The notes under the pieces: model-generated
The model's database searches: none
Seen by the model: the letters and a program-made list of their open reading frames with translations, nothing else
Told to the model about the DNA's origin: nothing
Position numbers and translations under genes: made by a program
DNA from: Candidatus Latescibacterota bacterium
GTDB taxonomy: Bacteria; Latescibacterota; UBA2968; GCA-2709665
Reading direction: 5' to 3'
DNA length: 64,000 bases
NCBI GenBank assembly: GCA_965237675.1
Contig: OZ250150.1
Span: forward strand, 704,001 to 768,000
Shown here: piece by piece, positions 10,877-20,762 of the stretch
Layout of the letters: every line of letters starts with the position of its first letter
Position numbering within the stretch: the first letter of the stretch is position 1

Positions 10877-12345
10877 ATCCACAAGGCGTGACATCCATCA
10901 AGGAACCCCTCGCGAAACTGCTCGCGCAGGTACCACAGATAAACCACCCGCCGATTGGACAGGCGTATCACCTCGCCAACGCCAGCCACGAAGGACAGCA
11001 TCGCGACGAGGGACAGCCGTTCATCACCCATCCCATCGCCGTGGCGCTCATCCTGGCATCCGAACTCGGCTTCGCCAGAGACACGGATATGATCTCCGCC
11101 GCCCTGCTCCACGATGCCGCGGAAGATTCCGTACTCGCTCCGGACGAGGACATCCTGCCCACGTTCGGCGCCCGGGTCACGGAACTGGTGAAGGGCGTAA
11201 CCAAAGTGGACGACTCCAGTACCCGCAGCCGATCGGCCCGTCGGTCCGCTACGCTTCAGCGGCTTTTCACGGCCGCACACCGCGACCCGCGAGTACTCAT
11301 TCTGAAACTCGCCGACCGAGTGCACAACATGCGCAGCATTGCAGGCATCAAGGACGCCAAACGACAACATCGAATCGCACAGGAAACCATTGACGTCTAC
11401 GCGCCGCTATCCCGTCTGCTGGGCATGGACCGCATACGCAGGGAACTGGAAGACCGCAGCTTCGGCTGCCTCCACCCCAGAGTCTGCGATCAACTCATTC
11501 ACCTCCTGCAGAACGGCCCGCCACAATCCTATCTCGACTTTCAAACCGAGATGCGCGATATTGTCGTGTACAACGGAATCCGAACGCGCATACGCCTTCA
11601 AACCAAGAGTCTGAGGAGTATCTACGGCAAGGCCACTGGCACCCGTTCCGGCGATAGCCCCCTTCAGGTAGACAACGTCCACGACCGATACACCGTCATC
11701 GTTATTGTTTCCAATCGATATGCGTGCTACAGGACCCTTGGAATTATTCATCACCGGTTCACGCCTCAGATGGACGGCATAAAGGATTTTATCGCCTTGC
11801 CCAAACGGAACGGTTTTCAGGCGCTACTGACAACCGTCATCGAGAAGGGGCAACGCTTTGAAATCGTCATCCAGACCCCATCCATGTACCGGATGGGGGA
11901 ACTGGGCGTCGCGACCCTGCGTGGCGGGGAACTTCAGGAAGAGCGGCGGAACCGATGGCTCCATGATCTGGCCGAATGGCATGAACACGGCGGTTCCGGC
12001 GTTCAATTCCTGGACGAGATCAAACGCATCCTCTTTGTTCAGGAAATGGCCGTTTTCACACCCAACGGCGATCCCATTATTCTGCCGGAAGGCGCCACCC
12101 TCACGGACTTTGCCTTTGCCGTCCACACGGATCTCGGCCTCCACTGCGTTGGCGGACGTGTCAACGGCAAACCCGCTTCACGCTTTTCGGTTCTGAACTG
12201 GGGCGATACTATTGAAATAGAAACCGCACCCCACCCGCAGCTTAAACGCAACTGGCTGCGTTATGTAAAGACCTACCGCGCCCGCCGCCTGATCCGGCGG
12301 CACATCACCCGCGCGGAATCGACCGGCGACCTGATGATCGAGTAA
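10873..12345 (+). CDS. RelA/SpoT homolog: HD hydrolase, degenerate synthetase and TGS domain; lacks ZFD/ACT
   Basis: HPIAVA, LLHDAAEDS, KLADRVHNMRS; TGS motif VFTPNG...DFAFAVHTDLG. The start overlaps the dinG stop (TTGA). Confidence 0.9.
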   Translation: MNPQGVTSIKEPLAKLLAQVPQINHPPIGQAYHLANASHEGQHRDEGQPFITHPIAVALILASELGFARDTDMISAALLHDAAEDSVLAPDEDILPTFGARVTELVKGVTKVDDSSTRSRSARRSATLQRLFTAAHRDPRVLILKLADRVHNMRSIAGIKDAKRQHRIAQETIDVYAPLSRLLGMDRIRRELEDRSFGCLHPRVCDQLIHLLQNGPPQSYLDFQTEMRDIVVYNGIRTRIRLQTKSLRSIYGKATGTRSGDSPLQVDNVHDRYTVIVIVSNRYACYRTLGIIHHRFTPQMDGIKDFIALPKRNGFQALLTTVIEKGQRFEIVIQTPSMYRMGELGVATLRGGELQEERRNRWLHDLAEWHEHGGSGVQFLDEIKRILFVQEMAVFTPNGDPIILPEGATLTDFAFAVHTDLGLHCVGGRVNGKPASRFSVLNWGDTIEIETAPHPQLKRNWLRYVKTYRARRLIRRHITRAESTGDLMIE

Positions 12346-12446
12346 GTGGAAATCCACGTGTGAATCGCCGGCGCCGCACAAGGGTCGGCGTCTCCTTTCG
12401 AGAATCCTTGATCCATGTTTTCACAGATTTCCCGAGGAGTCATGGT

Positions 12447-12914
12447 TTGAAATCCCACCTTCCCCTCTTGGCTGTCTTCCTGATCCTTGTGGCCTGTGGA
12501 CGGGACGCCGAACGCGTAAAGGCTGAAATCGCCGCGCAGGAAAAGAAAATTGTCCACGCAAAAACCATTTTTCAACTCGAACAAAAGCGCCTGGTGGAGC
12601 TGCAGGACAGCCTTAAAATCAATATCAGGCAGAATATCGCTCTGAACATGGACACAACCACTGCCACCGCGATCGAAAAAGAACGGTTGGAACTCCAGGA
12701 AACGCTTGTCGAAACGGCGAAACGCAACCTTAACAGCCAGCAGGAATTTCTGGCCCTCCTGAAAAAACGCCTTCAAACTCTTAAAGACCCCCATCAGCCC
12801 ATTGGTCAATCGATCAGCTCGGACAGGGTAGCGGCCAGCACCACGACCCAGCGGCGGGGGGACCCCGGATCTCCCGTATCCGGTTCAGAATGCGTGCGCA
12901 CGAACGAATTTTGA
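12447..12914 (+). CDS. Predicted coiled-coil lipoprotein
   Basis: GAGGAG RBS then TTG at 12447; signal MKSHLPLLAVFLILVA-C lipobox; heptad-rich mature region. Confidence 0.65.
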   Translation: MKSHLPLLAVFLILVACGRDAERVKAEIAAQEKKIVHAKTIFQLEQKRLVELQDSLKINIRQNIALNMDTTTATAIEKERLELQETLVETAKRNLNSQQEFLALLKKRLQTLKDPHQPIGQSISSDRVAASTTTQRRGDPGSPVSGSECVRTNEF

Positions 12915-13055
12915 ACGGACCCAATCGGACACCAAACGTCCATATTCTATATCCCGTCCATTGTATTTTCGTTGAGCCCGCGCGCAGTTCCCTTCCCGTC
13001 AGTGGAAGCGAGGCGCCGGGCCGGGCATCCTCACGAGTCAACAGAGGAGACGCCG

Positions 13056-14666
13056 ATGAACAAAGACTCAACATTGATCGCACATTGGAAATTGACCGAC
13101 GACTGCCGGGATCATGCCGGCGATAACCACGGCGGGAATCACGGCGCGGCCCTTTCCCCCGACGGGGCCGGATTCGACGGGCGAGGCGCCTACATTCGGG
13201 TGCCTTCATCCGGCGCGCTCAACTTCGGCGCCGATGACTTCTCCATATCCGTCCACGTATATACCGATGAAATCCTGGACGACGTACCGGGAGACATTCT
13301 CAGCAAATTCGACCCGGGCAGCCGTACCGGCTTCAACTTCGGCCTGATCAACAGCGCGGGCGTCACGGCAGCCCAATCCAACTACCGCCACCTTCATTTC
13401 GGCATCGACAGCGGCCATACGGGCAGGTGGATCGACTGCGGGCGCCCCGGAAACAACCTGCGCGTCTATTCCCTCTGTGTCTACGACGGGGATCTCTACG
13501 CGGGCACGTTTGAAACCGGCGCGGACGAGTCGGGTGGTGTCTATCGATACGACGGAAGTACTGGCTGGATCGACTGCGGGCACCCCGACAGGTGTAACAC
13601 CGTGGCATCGCTCTGTGTTTTCAATGGAACTCTATATGCGGGTTCCTCCCGCTACAAGGCCGGCGGTTCCGCCCTTCCGGAATCCGAAAACCAGAACCCG
13701 GGTGGCAATATGTACAGGTACGAAGGCGGTTCGGATTGGACGCCCATCGGCCGCATGGAAGGCGCGGATTCCTGCGCCGGAATGGCCGTCTACAGGGGCA
13801 ACCTCTACGCAATCCCCCTCTACAGCCAGGGTGTTTTTCGCTACGACGGCGGCGACGTCTGGCGTTACTGCGGTACCCCTGGCCGACGTATGATGTCGCT
13901 GGGGGTCTTCAACGGGCATCTATACGGCGCGGGAAACGAAGGAGAGGGCGCCGGCGGCGTATTCCGTTACGACGGCGGGACCGGGTGGGCGCACGCCGGC
14001 GGCCAGGAGGGTGTGACTCAGGTCTATTCATTTGCCGCTCACGACGGCAGACTCCACGTGGGCACCTGGCCGGAGGGCAAAGTCTTCCGCAACGACGGCG
14101 ACGATCCGTGGACGTGCGCCGGACGACTGGGCGAGGAACTGGAAGTCATGGCGATGGCCGTCTACAACGGCAAACTCTACGCCGGCACCCTGCCGCTGGG
14201 CCAGGTCTACCGGTTCGACGGGGGTGACACCTGGACCCTCACGGGCCAACTCGACACAACTCAGGAAGTCAAATACCGCCGCGTCTGGTCCATGGCCGTC
14301 TACCGGGGAAGACTCTTTGGCGGCACGCTGCCTTCCGGCCACGTCTATGCACTTGAGGCCGGCGCGAACGTGAGCCACGACCACGAACTCGCACCCGGAT
14401 GGCGGCATCTCGTGGCGGTCCGGCAACGCAACCGGCTCCTGCTCTACGTCGACGGCAAACATGTTTCCACCTCGTCGACGTTCGATCCCTCGGAGTTCGA
14501 CCTCACAAACGACGTGCCCCTCAAGATCGGCGCCGGTGGCGTTGACACCTTCAACGGGCGGCTCAGGGATCTTCGTCTCTACGGCCGCGCCCTCACCGGG
14601 GCGGAAATCGCGAATTGCCAAGACCCCGGGTCTGGAAATTGTACCGGGCGTCGCACGGCGGCGTAA
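13056..14666 (+). CDS. LamG/concanavalin-like domain protein with inserted beta-propeller
   Basis: GAGGAG RBS then ATG at 13056. LamG halves (FDGRGAYIRVP...FSISV; WRHLVAV...LYVDG...FNGRLRDLRLYGRALT) flank repeated blades of the form VY.G.LYAGT...VYR(Y/F)DG...W. Confidence 0.8.
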   Translation: MNKDSTLIAHWKLTDDCRDHAGDNHGGNHGAALSPDGAGFDGRGAYIRVPSSGALNFGADDFSISVHVYTDEILDDVPGDILSKFDPGSRTGFNFGLINSAGVTAAQSNYRHLHFGIDSGHTGRWIDCGRPGNNLRVYSLCVYDGDLYAGTFETGADESGGVYRYDGSTGWIDCGHPDRCNTVASLCVFNGTLYAGSSRYKAGGSALPESENQNPGGNMYRYEGGSDWTPIGRMEGADSCAGMAVYRGNLYAIPLYSQGVFRYDGGDVWRYCGTPGRRMMSLGVFNGHLYGAGNEGEGAGGVFRYDGGTGWAHAGGQEGVTQVYSFAAHDGRLHVGTWPEGKVFRNDGDDPWTCAGRLGEELEVMAMAVYNGKLYAGTLPLGQVYRFDGGDTWTLTGQLDTTQEVKYRRVWSMAVYRGRLFGGTLPSGHVYALEAGANVSHDHELAPGWRHLVAVRQRNRLLLYVDGKHVSTSSTFDPSEFDLTNDVPLKIGAGGVDTFNGRLRDLRLYGRALTGAEIANCQDPGSGNCTGRRTAA

Positions 14667-14799
14667 CGGCCATTGTCGCAGGGGAGAGAGGCGGCTTCAC
14701 CGGGATCGACGCACGCGGACCCCGGCGCATCATACGCCAGCCTGTCCTCCACAAGGACGGGAGTCGAATCCGAATACCAACACCTCAGGGAGAACCGTA

Positions 14800-16125
14800 A
14801 TGTTAAGAGCAGGCGCCTCCAGGGTCAACATTACCCCGTTTCTGGGCGGGCCGATGGCCGGTTACTCAGCGCGTAACCGGGGCAGCGAAAGTATCCATGA
14901 CGAACTCTATGCCAAAGCTCTGGTGCTGGATGACGGCAGAACCAGCGTTGGGCTGATTACCACCGACCTCATCGGCATCGATCGGGAGTTCTCGGAGCAG
15001 ATCCGCGGCCTTGTTGAAGAACGGGTTGGCATTCCGCCCGACCGGGTCTGGATGTGCGGGTCCCACACCCATTTCGGGCCGGCCGTGAGCACGGTCCGAA
15101 CGGAGCAAGAAGATGCGGATCCTTATGACCGGTCCTATCGGGACGTGTTGGCGGTAAAGCTGGCCACAGCCGTACAGCTCGCGCATGACCGACTTCGTCC
15201 GGCCCGTCTCGGCGGAGGCGCCACCCGCGCCGAAGGCATCAGCTACAATCGCAGGCTCATCCGCCACGACGGCAAAGTGGAGATGAGCCTTACCCTGCCG
15301 CCACCCTACGACGGATTGAAGTTCGGTCCAATGGATCCGGAGGTGGGCCTCCTGAAAATAGAGGGCAAAGCCGACGGCGACACCATCGCCTCGCTCGTCA
15401 ACTTTGCCTGTCATCCCGTTTCCAGCACGGACCGTATGTATGAATTCACCGCCGACTATCCGGGTTATGCGATGGACCTGATCGAATCCGTAGAAGGTGG
15501 TATCTGTCTCTTCGCGCTCGGCTGCGCGGGCAATATCGTGCCCATACAGCGGCAGGGCCGGTCCAAGCGCCAGGTCGGTCTTTCGCTTGGCGGATGCGCC
15601 CTGAACGCGCTCCAGTGGATTCAGACAACCGGTCAACTCAGCATACGCGCCGGCAGAAAAACGATCGAACTGCCGCTGCGCAAGTTTCCTTCTGCCGCAC
15701 GAATGGAGCAGCAGATCACCGACGCGGAAGCTGCTTTGAACGATGCATTGAAAAGCAAGGCCCCATCTCGGGAAATAACCGAATGCCGGGAAGCCCTGGG
15801 CCTTGCCAGAAATCTGCCCCGCTGGTCGGAACGCTTCAGCGGACGGAAAACCCGTTCCACGGAAATCCAGGTCTTCTGGCTCGGGAACATCCCCGTGATC
15901 GGGCTGCCCGGCGAAGTCTTTGTCGAACTGGGGCTCCGGATCAAGAAAGCCCTGGACGCCTTTCCGGTTCTGGTTGTCAGCCTCAGCAACGACAGTGCAG
16001 GGTATATTCCGGACGACCGCGCATACCGGCAGGGCGGTTATGAATCCAATGTATCGGCCTTCGCCCCGGGCTGCGGTGAACACCTCGTCAAGGAAGCCCT
16101 CGCCCTGGCCGAAGCGATAAAATAG
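14800..16125 (+). CDS. Neutral/alkaline ceramidase N-terminal-like hydrolase
   Basis: AGASRVNITP, HDELYAKALVL, SHTHFGP, NFACHPV, ADYPG, LPGEVFVE, GYIP...GGYE. Confidence 0.85.
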   Translation: MLRAGASRVNITPFLGGPMAGYSARNRGSESIHDELYAKALVLDDGRTSVGLITTDLIGIDREFSEQIRGLVEERVGIPPDRVWMCGSHTHFGPAVSTVRTEQEDADPYDRSYRDVLAVKLATAVQLAHDRLRPARLGGGATRAEGISYNRRLIRHDGKVEMSLTLPPPYDGLKFGPMDPEVGLLKIEGKADGDTIASLVNFACHPVSSTDRMYEFTADYPGYAMDLIESVEGGICLFALGCAGNIVPIQRQGRSKRQVGLSLGGCALNALQWIQTTGQLSIRAGRKTIELPLRKFPSAARMEQQITDAEAALNDALKSKAPSREITECREALGLARNLPRWSERFSGRKTRSTEIQVFWLGNIPVIGLPGEVFVELGLRIKKALDAFPVLVVSLSNDSAGYIPDDRAYRQGGYESNVSAFAPGCGEHLVKEALALAEAIK

Positions 16126-16186
16126 GCCATGTTCCCACCAGCCCGTGTCCGAGAAACAGGACGCGAATCACAAAGAGGCCACGCCG

Positions 16187-17491
16187 ATGTCGATCCTCCC
16201 AATACTGATTGTTGTCGCCAGTCTCCTTCTCTTAACAAAAAAACACGCGACTGCGGCCGAAGTCACGCTTGCCGCCGGCACGGCCAGAACCGATATCACA
16301 CCCGATCCCGCGATGAAAAACTGGGTCGATGGCAGACCTTATGACGGTGTTCTGGATCCGCTCACCCTGCGTGGACTCGTTCTCTCCGACGGGAACACGG
16401 AGTTCGCTTTGGTTTGCTGGGATCTCATCGACGCGACGGAGGAGTGCGTCGTCAACGTGCGCCGGGCGGTTCGCGGCGCTACAGGCATTCCGGAAACGCA
16501 CATCCTCGTGGCCGCCTCGCACACCCACTCGGCGCCCCGGTCACCGTTTGCCGCATCCACGTTTGCCGGCCGCGGAAGCGAACGTCTGAGAGCCATTCTG
16601 GAAGATCCCGTCTTTCAGGCCTGGAGCCGGCGTCTCCCCGGACAATGCGCAGACGTCCTGAAGCGAGCGCAGGACCGCCTTCAGCCCGTCACCTTGGGCA
16701 TCGGCCGTGCGAATGTCTCGGAATGGCTCTTCAACCGGCGGCCCGTCGATCCCCAGGGCAACGTTGTTACGATGTTTCAGCCGGAAAATCCGCATACGTT
16801 GCCGGATGGTCTGCGTTTCGGTTCGCTGGATCCCACCCTTACCGTCCTCACCCTTCAAAACGCCGACAACACCAACATCGCCACTGTCTACAGCGTACCC
16901 TGCCATCCCGTCTCGATCTATCCTTACCACCGCGGCGTCTCGGCGGACTGGCCCGGGCCTGCCTGTGAGCAGATTTCCAGGGCCCTGGGCGGCGAGACCT
17001 TTTTCGTCCAGGGTTGCTCCGGAGACATCGTCCCCGCCACCCGGGGGGAAGAGGCGCGCACAGAAATGGCCCGTTTCTTTGCGGAACGGGCCGTCGCGGC
17101 CGCACGGTGTTCCCACCGTCTGCCGTCTTCGCCGCTGAAGGTCGCAACCGGCGTCGTCGGCCTGCCGCTTGGTTCCGGAGAGCGAAAAGAAGCCGGCGCC
17201 GACTTCCGGCCGGTCGAACTTCAGGTGGTTGTCTTCGGCCCCTTCGGCCTCGCCGTCCTGCCCGGCGAACCCCTCAACGGCCTCGCACGTGAAATCCAGG
17301 CGCGTTCACCCCTCCCGCACACGCTAGTCATCGGCTATGCCAATGGGCGCGGGGTGAGCTACGTCGGCCTTCCCGGCGAAAAAGCCAGGGGCGGTTACGA
17401 AGCAGGCGCCGGCCAGGGCACCGAAGAAGCCGGCGACTTTATCGTTCAGACCGCGATTCGGATGCTCGGGGAAGCGGTTGAAGATATCTAA
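16187..17491 (+). CDS. Secreted neutral/alkaline ceramidase-like hydrolase
   Basis: N-terminal hydrophobic signal; DITP, SHTHSAP, CHPV, SADWPG, LPGEP, GGYE. Confidence 0.83.
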   Translation: MSILPILIVVASLLLLTKKHATAAEVTLAAGTARTDITPDPAMKNWVDGRPYDGVLDPLTLRGLVLSDGNTEFALVCWDLIDATEECVVNVRRAVRGATGIPETHILVAASHTHSAPRSPFAASTFAGRGSERLRAILEDPVFQAWSRRLPGQCADVLKRAQDRLQPVTLGIGRANVSEWLFNRRPVDPQGNVVTMFQPENPHTLPDGLRFGSLDPTLTVLTLQNADNTNIATVYSVPCHPVSIYPYHRGVSADWPGPACEQISRALGGETFFVQGCSGDIVPATRGEEARTEMARFFAERAVAAARCSHRLPSSPLKVATGVVGLPLGSGERKEAGADFRPVELQVVVFGPFGLAVLPGEPLNGLAREIQARSPLPHTLVIGYANGRGVSYVGLPGEKARGGYEAGAGQGTEEAGDFIVQTAIRMLGEAVEDI

Positions 17492-17737
17492 CGGGAACGG
17501 CGAATCCTGTTTAAATACGGCCCACGCGTTTTTGATTGATCACCTGTCGGGGGACAACGGCTCCGTTGAACCTCGTTCCGGTGCGACGATAGCCTTTACC
17601 TCCCACCTCGTTTTTTTCCTCTTCGTCCTTTTTCTTGTGCGCTGGGAAAAAGGACCAAAGAAAAGCCCGCCGGAGACATGATTTTCAAAAAAAGATGGGC
17701 CGTTCGCCGGGCCCATCGAATTCTTTTCCTTCTTTCC

Positions 17738-17938
17738 CTTTGTGCCTTCGTGTCTCCGAGTGAGGCCGGCTTTTCTGGTTTTTCTCCCCCTCTCCCCTGG
17801 GAGAGGGGGCCGGGGGGAGAGGTCTGCGCCCTTCGCGTTCGTCCACATAATAGCGCTGACGTCAACTGATTCGGTTTTTGGTTTTGGCTGACAGCTGACC
17901 ACTGATAGCTCTTTCTACGGGGGCCGGGGGGAGAGGTC
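17738..17938. repeat. Cluster of REP-like palindromes and short repeats
   Basis: Perfect hairpin ccccctctccc-ct-gggagaggggg (17786-17809); ggggccggggggagaggtc occurs twice; heptamer run gctgaca/gctgacc/actgata; ctttgtgccttcgtgtct motif. Confidence 0.65.
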
Positions 17939-18079
17939 CCGCGCGTCGTTGAGCGACTGTGTCGCGACGATGGCGATGGTTTTCCCGTATTTGTGCAGCA
18001 GTGATATCATCGGTCGTCTCGAAAAAAAAGACCGCGAACAACAGGCCCGCGGTCTCTGAAAGTCATAAAAAAGCCAGCA

Positions 18080-19027
18080 TCATGTCCCCGAGATGGCGTC
18101 GATCATCTCCATCGTCTTCACCGCGTCGTCCAGACTACAGGCCGGGAACGGAAGTGCGCCTCCATTCTGGACCCATCTCAAGAACGTGCGATCCTGCTGA
18201 TAAAATCCTGGTTTGTAGCGGCGATCAATGTCATTCCCTTCGACGTTCTCCGGCTGTCCGCCCCTGCGTCTCAAGGTTGCGGCTTGCCCAAGAGCGGACG
18301 TGAAGGTAACCCCATTGCCGCGCACTTCCACGCGGTGCCCTCCCGGAGCGAACCAGTCCATAGAGGCACGCCCGACAGCCCCGCCTGTGAAGGTCAACAG
18401 CGCCGAACAGCAGTCCGGCATGGGACCTTCCACAGTATGGTGCATCGGCTGGACGCTCACCACGTCACCGCCGAAGAATCGCAACAGGTCCAAGGCGTGG
18501 ATGCCGTTTGCTACGCTCCAGCGTTTCAGGACCTCTTCAGGAAATTTCGGGTTTTCCCGGACCCGCTGGATATCTTCGTGGGCGTCCACAGTGACGCTTT
18601 GTACCGGCCCGGATTCGAGGATCAGCTCCCTGCCCTTGAGAAGCGTGGAATAGAACCGCCGATTTACGCCCACCATCGCCGGCGTACCCACCGCTCGCGC
18701 CAGATCGGCCAGCGCACGGGTCTGGGACGTATAGAGGCCAGGAGGCTTTTCCAGAAAGGTCGGGATACCGGACCGAATGAAGTCTGCGGCGACCGCAGCG
18801 ACCTGGAGGACACTCACGAGAACGAAAACGGCGTCGGGCCGATCCCCTTCCAGCAGGCTCTCGTGCAAGTTCAGGCGATTCGACACGCCGAACCGCGCTC
18901 CTGTCTCTTCCAGAACGCGGGGGTTGCTGTCCACAAGCGTCGTCACACACCCCTCGCGAAGGTCGGTGAGTACTTTCAGGTGCCTTTGGGCTATGTTTCC
19001 GGCTCCGACTACCGCAATGTTCAGCAT
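18080..19027 (-). CDS. Gfo/Idh/MocA family oxidoreductase
   Basis: IAVVGAGNIAQRH, FLEKPP, VGVNRRF, GIHALDLL. Confidence 0.9.
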   Translation of the reverse strand: MLNIAVVGAGNIAQRHLKVLTDLREGCVTTLVDSNPRVLEETGARFGVSNRLNLHESLLEGDRPDAVFVLVSVLQVAAVAADFIRSGIPTFLEKPPGLYTSQTRALADLARAVGTPAMVGVNRRFYSTLLKGRELILESGPVQSVTVDAHEDIQRVRENPKFPEEVLKRWSVANGIHALDLLRFFGGDVVSVQPMHHTVEGPMPDCCSALLTFTGGAVGRASMDWFAPGGHRVEVRGNGVTFTSALGQAATLRRRGGQPENVEGNDIDRRYKPGFYQQDRTFLRWVQNGGALPFPACSLDDAVKTMEMIDAISGT

Positions 19028-19086
19028 TTCGTCCTGTTCCATGTAAGCATTGCACGCCTTGAAGTAACGAATCTGTTCCTCTGGGC

Positions 19087-19490
19087 TCAGATCTCTCGTT
19101 TTGAGCCCGTCGGCAAGGGGTGATACTTCACCTCGACTTCCACATCTGTGACTCTCAGCGGTCTCACCAAATCGTCCGGTCGCTCCACCAGCGGATCTCC
19201 AAACGGTTCGCCCCCTGATGTGGCCGCACCCGCTGCAAGTCAAATATCAGCCACATGCTCTGGTACGGAGCGACCTTATAGCCGTATTCCCGGCGGCATA
19301 TCTCCCCTTGCAGCGACTGGCCGTTGAGCGCGATTTCCAAGCGGTCGTCCGAGACCAGATCGACGATCTTGATCCGCAAGAGCACCTGACTGACGCGGCC
19401 TTCTTGCGCGTCGTCGACCAAGTAAAAGGGAATGGTATGCTGTGCCCGGTCGTCGCCTGCGATCTCCTCCGGCAGCGGGTGACCACTGCG
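19087..19490 (-). pseudogene. 5'-truncated, frameshifted C-terminal remnant of a larger protein
   Basis: Protein-like text HPLPEEI...LEIALNGQSL...RPHQGANRLEI continues in another frame as LVERPDDLVRPLRVTDVEVEVKY; no credible start or RBS. Confidence 0.6.
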
Positions 19491-19564
19491 AAGATAAGCA
19501 GTCCGATGAGGAGCACGGCGCCCGCACAATGGCTTGTCGAGCTATTGAGGAAGCGTGTCTGAAG

Positions 19565-19589
19565 GTGGGGCAGACATTCCTGTCTGCCC
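19565..19589. repeat. REP-like palindrome with GTGG foot
   Basis: gtg-gggcagaca-ttcc-tgtctgccc; perfect 9-bp stem. Confidence 0.7.
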
Positions 19590-19724
19590 TTCTCATCGTC
19601 CGTCTGTCGCAATGCAGACAGAAAAACGGCTTGCACCGCCTTTATGGAGCCAATAGCCCTGGCGGCTCTTGCGTTACCACAATAAAGCGACTTGAGTAAG
19701 GAAACGACCGTATGGATTATTCGC

Positions 19725-20342
19725 TTACGGCCAGGTGGGGCGTTCCATCGAAAAAGACTCGGTGACGCACGCGTAGTCCAGATACCCGAGACGCCCCACG
19801 GGTTTCAGGGCTACGGTGTCGACAAGGCCATCCCTGATAGCCCGATCGGCAATGTGGATGCCAACCACCTGACCGAATACAACCGTGTTCGGATCGTCCG
19901 GATCGTCCGTGGGCAGATCCACGGTCCGGGTATGGATACACTCCAGGTGGACCGGGCTTTCCGCTACACGGGGAGGTTTTACGAGTCTTGAAGGCGCCTG
20001 GGTGACACCCGCGTATTCGAACTCGTTGACGTTTCCAGGCGCGGGTACTGCGGTCGCGTTCATCTGTGTCCGAAGCTCCCAGGTGACGAGGTTTACCACG
20101 AATTCACCGGTTTCCTGCGCATTCTTTATGGAATCCTTCAACCCGCCGTGGGTGTGTGTGGTTGTAGCGGCGAACATGACCTGCGGCGGGGCATAGGCCA
20201 CCGCGTTGAAAAACGAGTACGGGGCCAGGTTGATCGAACCCCGCGCGTCTATCGATGAAATCCATCCGATCGGTCGCGGCACAACGATGGCGTTAAAGGG
20301 ATCGCGACGCAGACCGTGGCGTTCGGACGTCTTGTAAAACAT
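19725..20342 (-). CDS. Flavin reductase family protein (DIM6/NTAB-like)
   Basis: VPRPIGWISS, NLAPYSFFN, KDSIKN, EFVVN, PPRVAESPVHLEC, GRLGY. Confidence 0.92.
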   Translation of the reverse strand: MFYKTSERHGLRRDPFNAIVVPRPIGWISSIDARGSINLAPYSFFNAVAYAPPQVMFAATTTHTHGGLKDSIKNAQETGEFVVNLVTWELRTQMNATAVPAPGNVNEFEYAGVTQAPSRLVKPPRVAESPVHLECIHTRTVDLPTDDPDDPNTVVFGQVVGIHIADRAIRDGLVDTVALKPVGRLGYLDYACVTESFSMERPTWP

Positions 20343-20397
20343 ACTCGAGGCCTCCCTTTCCGAAGGTTAACCTCAATTCGAAAAAAGATAACCGTTA

Positions 20398-20543
20398 AAT
20401 TGGCCACAAAACGCACAAAAGGCACAGAAGGTATCGGTGCGAAACGGCGTGTGTCGTAACTCCGTGATCCTGCAGTTATTTCGTTGTCTCTCGGCTATAC
20501 GCCCTGCAACAGGATAGCTGTTTTTGTGCCTTTTGTGGCAATT
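20398..20543. repeat. Inverted pair of cacaaaagg-type short repeats (REP/MITE-like)
   Basis: ccacaaaacgcacaaaaggcacagaa on the left and tttttgtgccttttgtggc on the right are near reverse complements. Confidence 0.6.
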
Positions 20544-20762
20544 AGCCTTAATTCCAAAAATACAGCAAGGCGACACCACGGCAAAGACTGCAGAAACGGG
20601 GTATTGAGGTCGTCCAATTGGACGTTTTCTCCGTTCACGTCCAGTGACCTTAAACATCCTGGAACTCCCACGTCAAATCGCCTTTGTTCTTCTGTGTATA
20701 TTCGACTTAAGGTCCCCAAAAAACGACGAATCAAGGTTAAGTCGTTTTCTTTGTAGCAGGGC

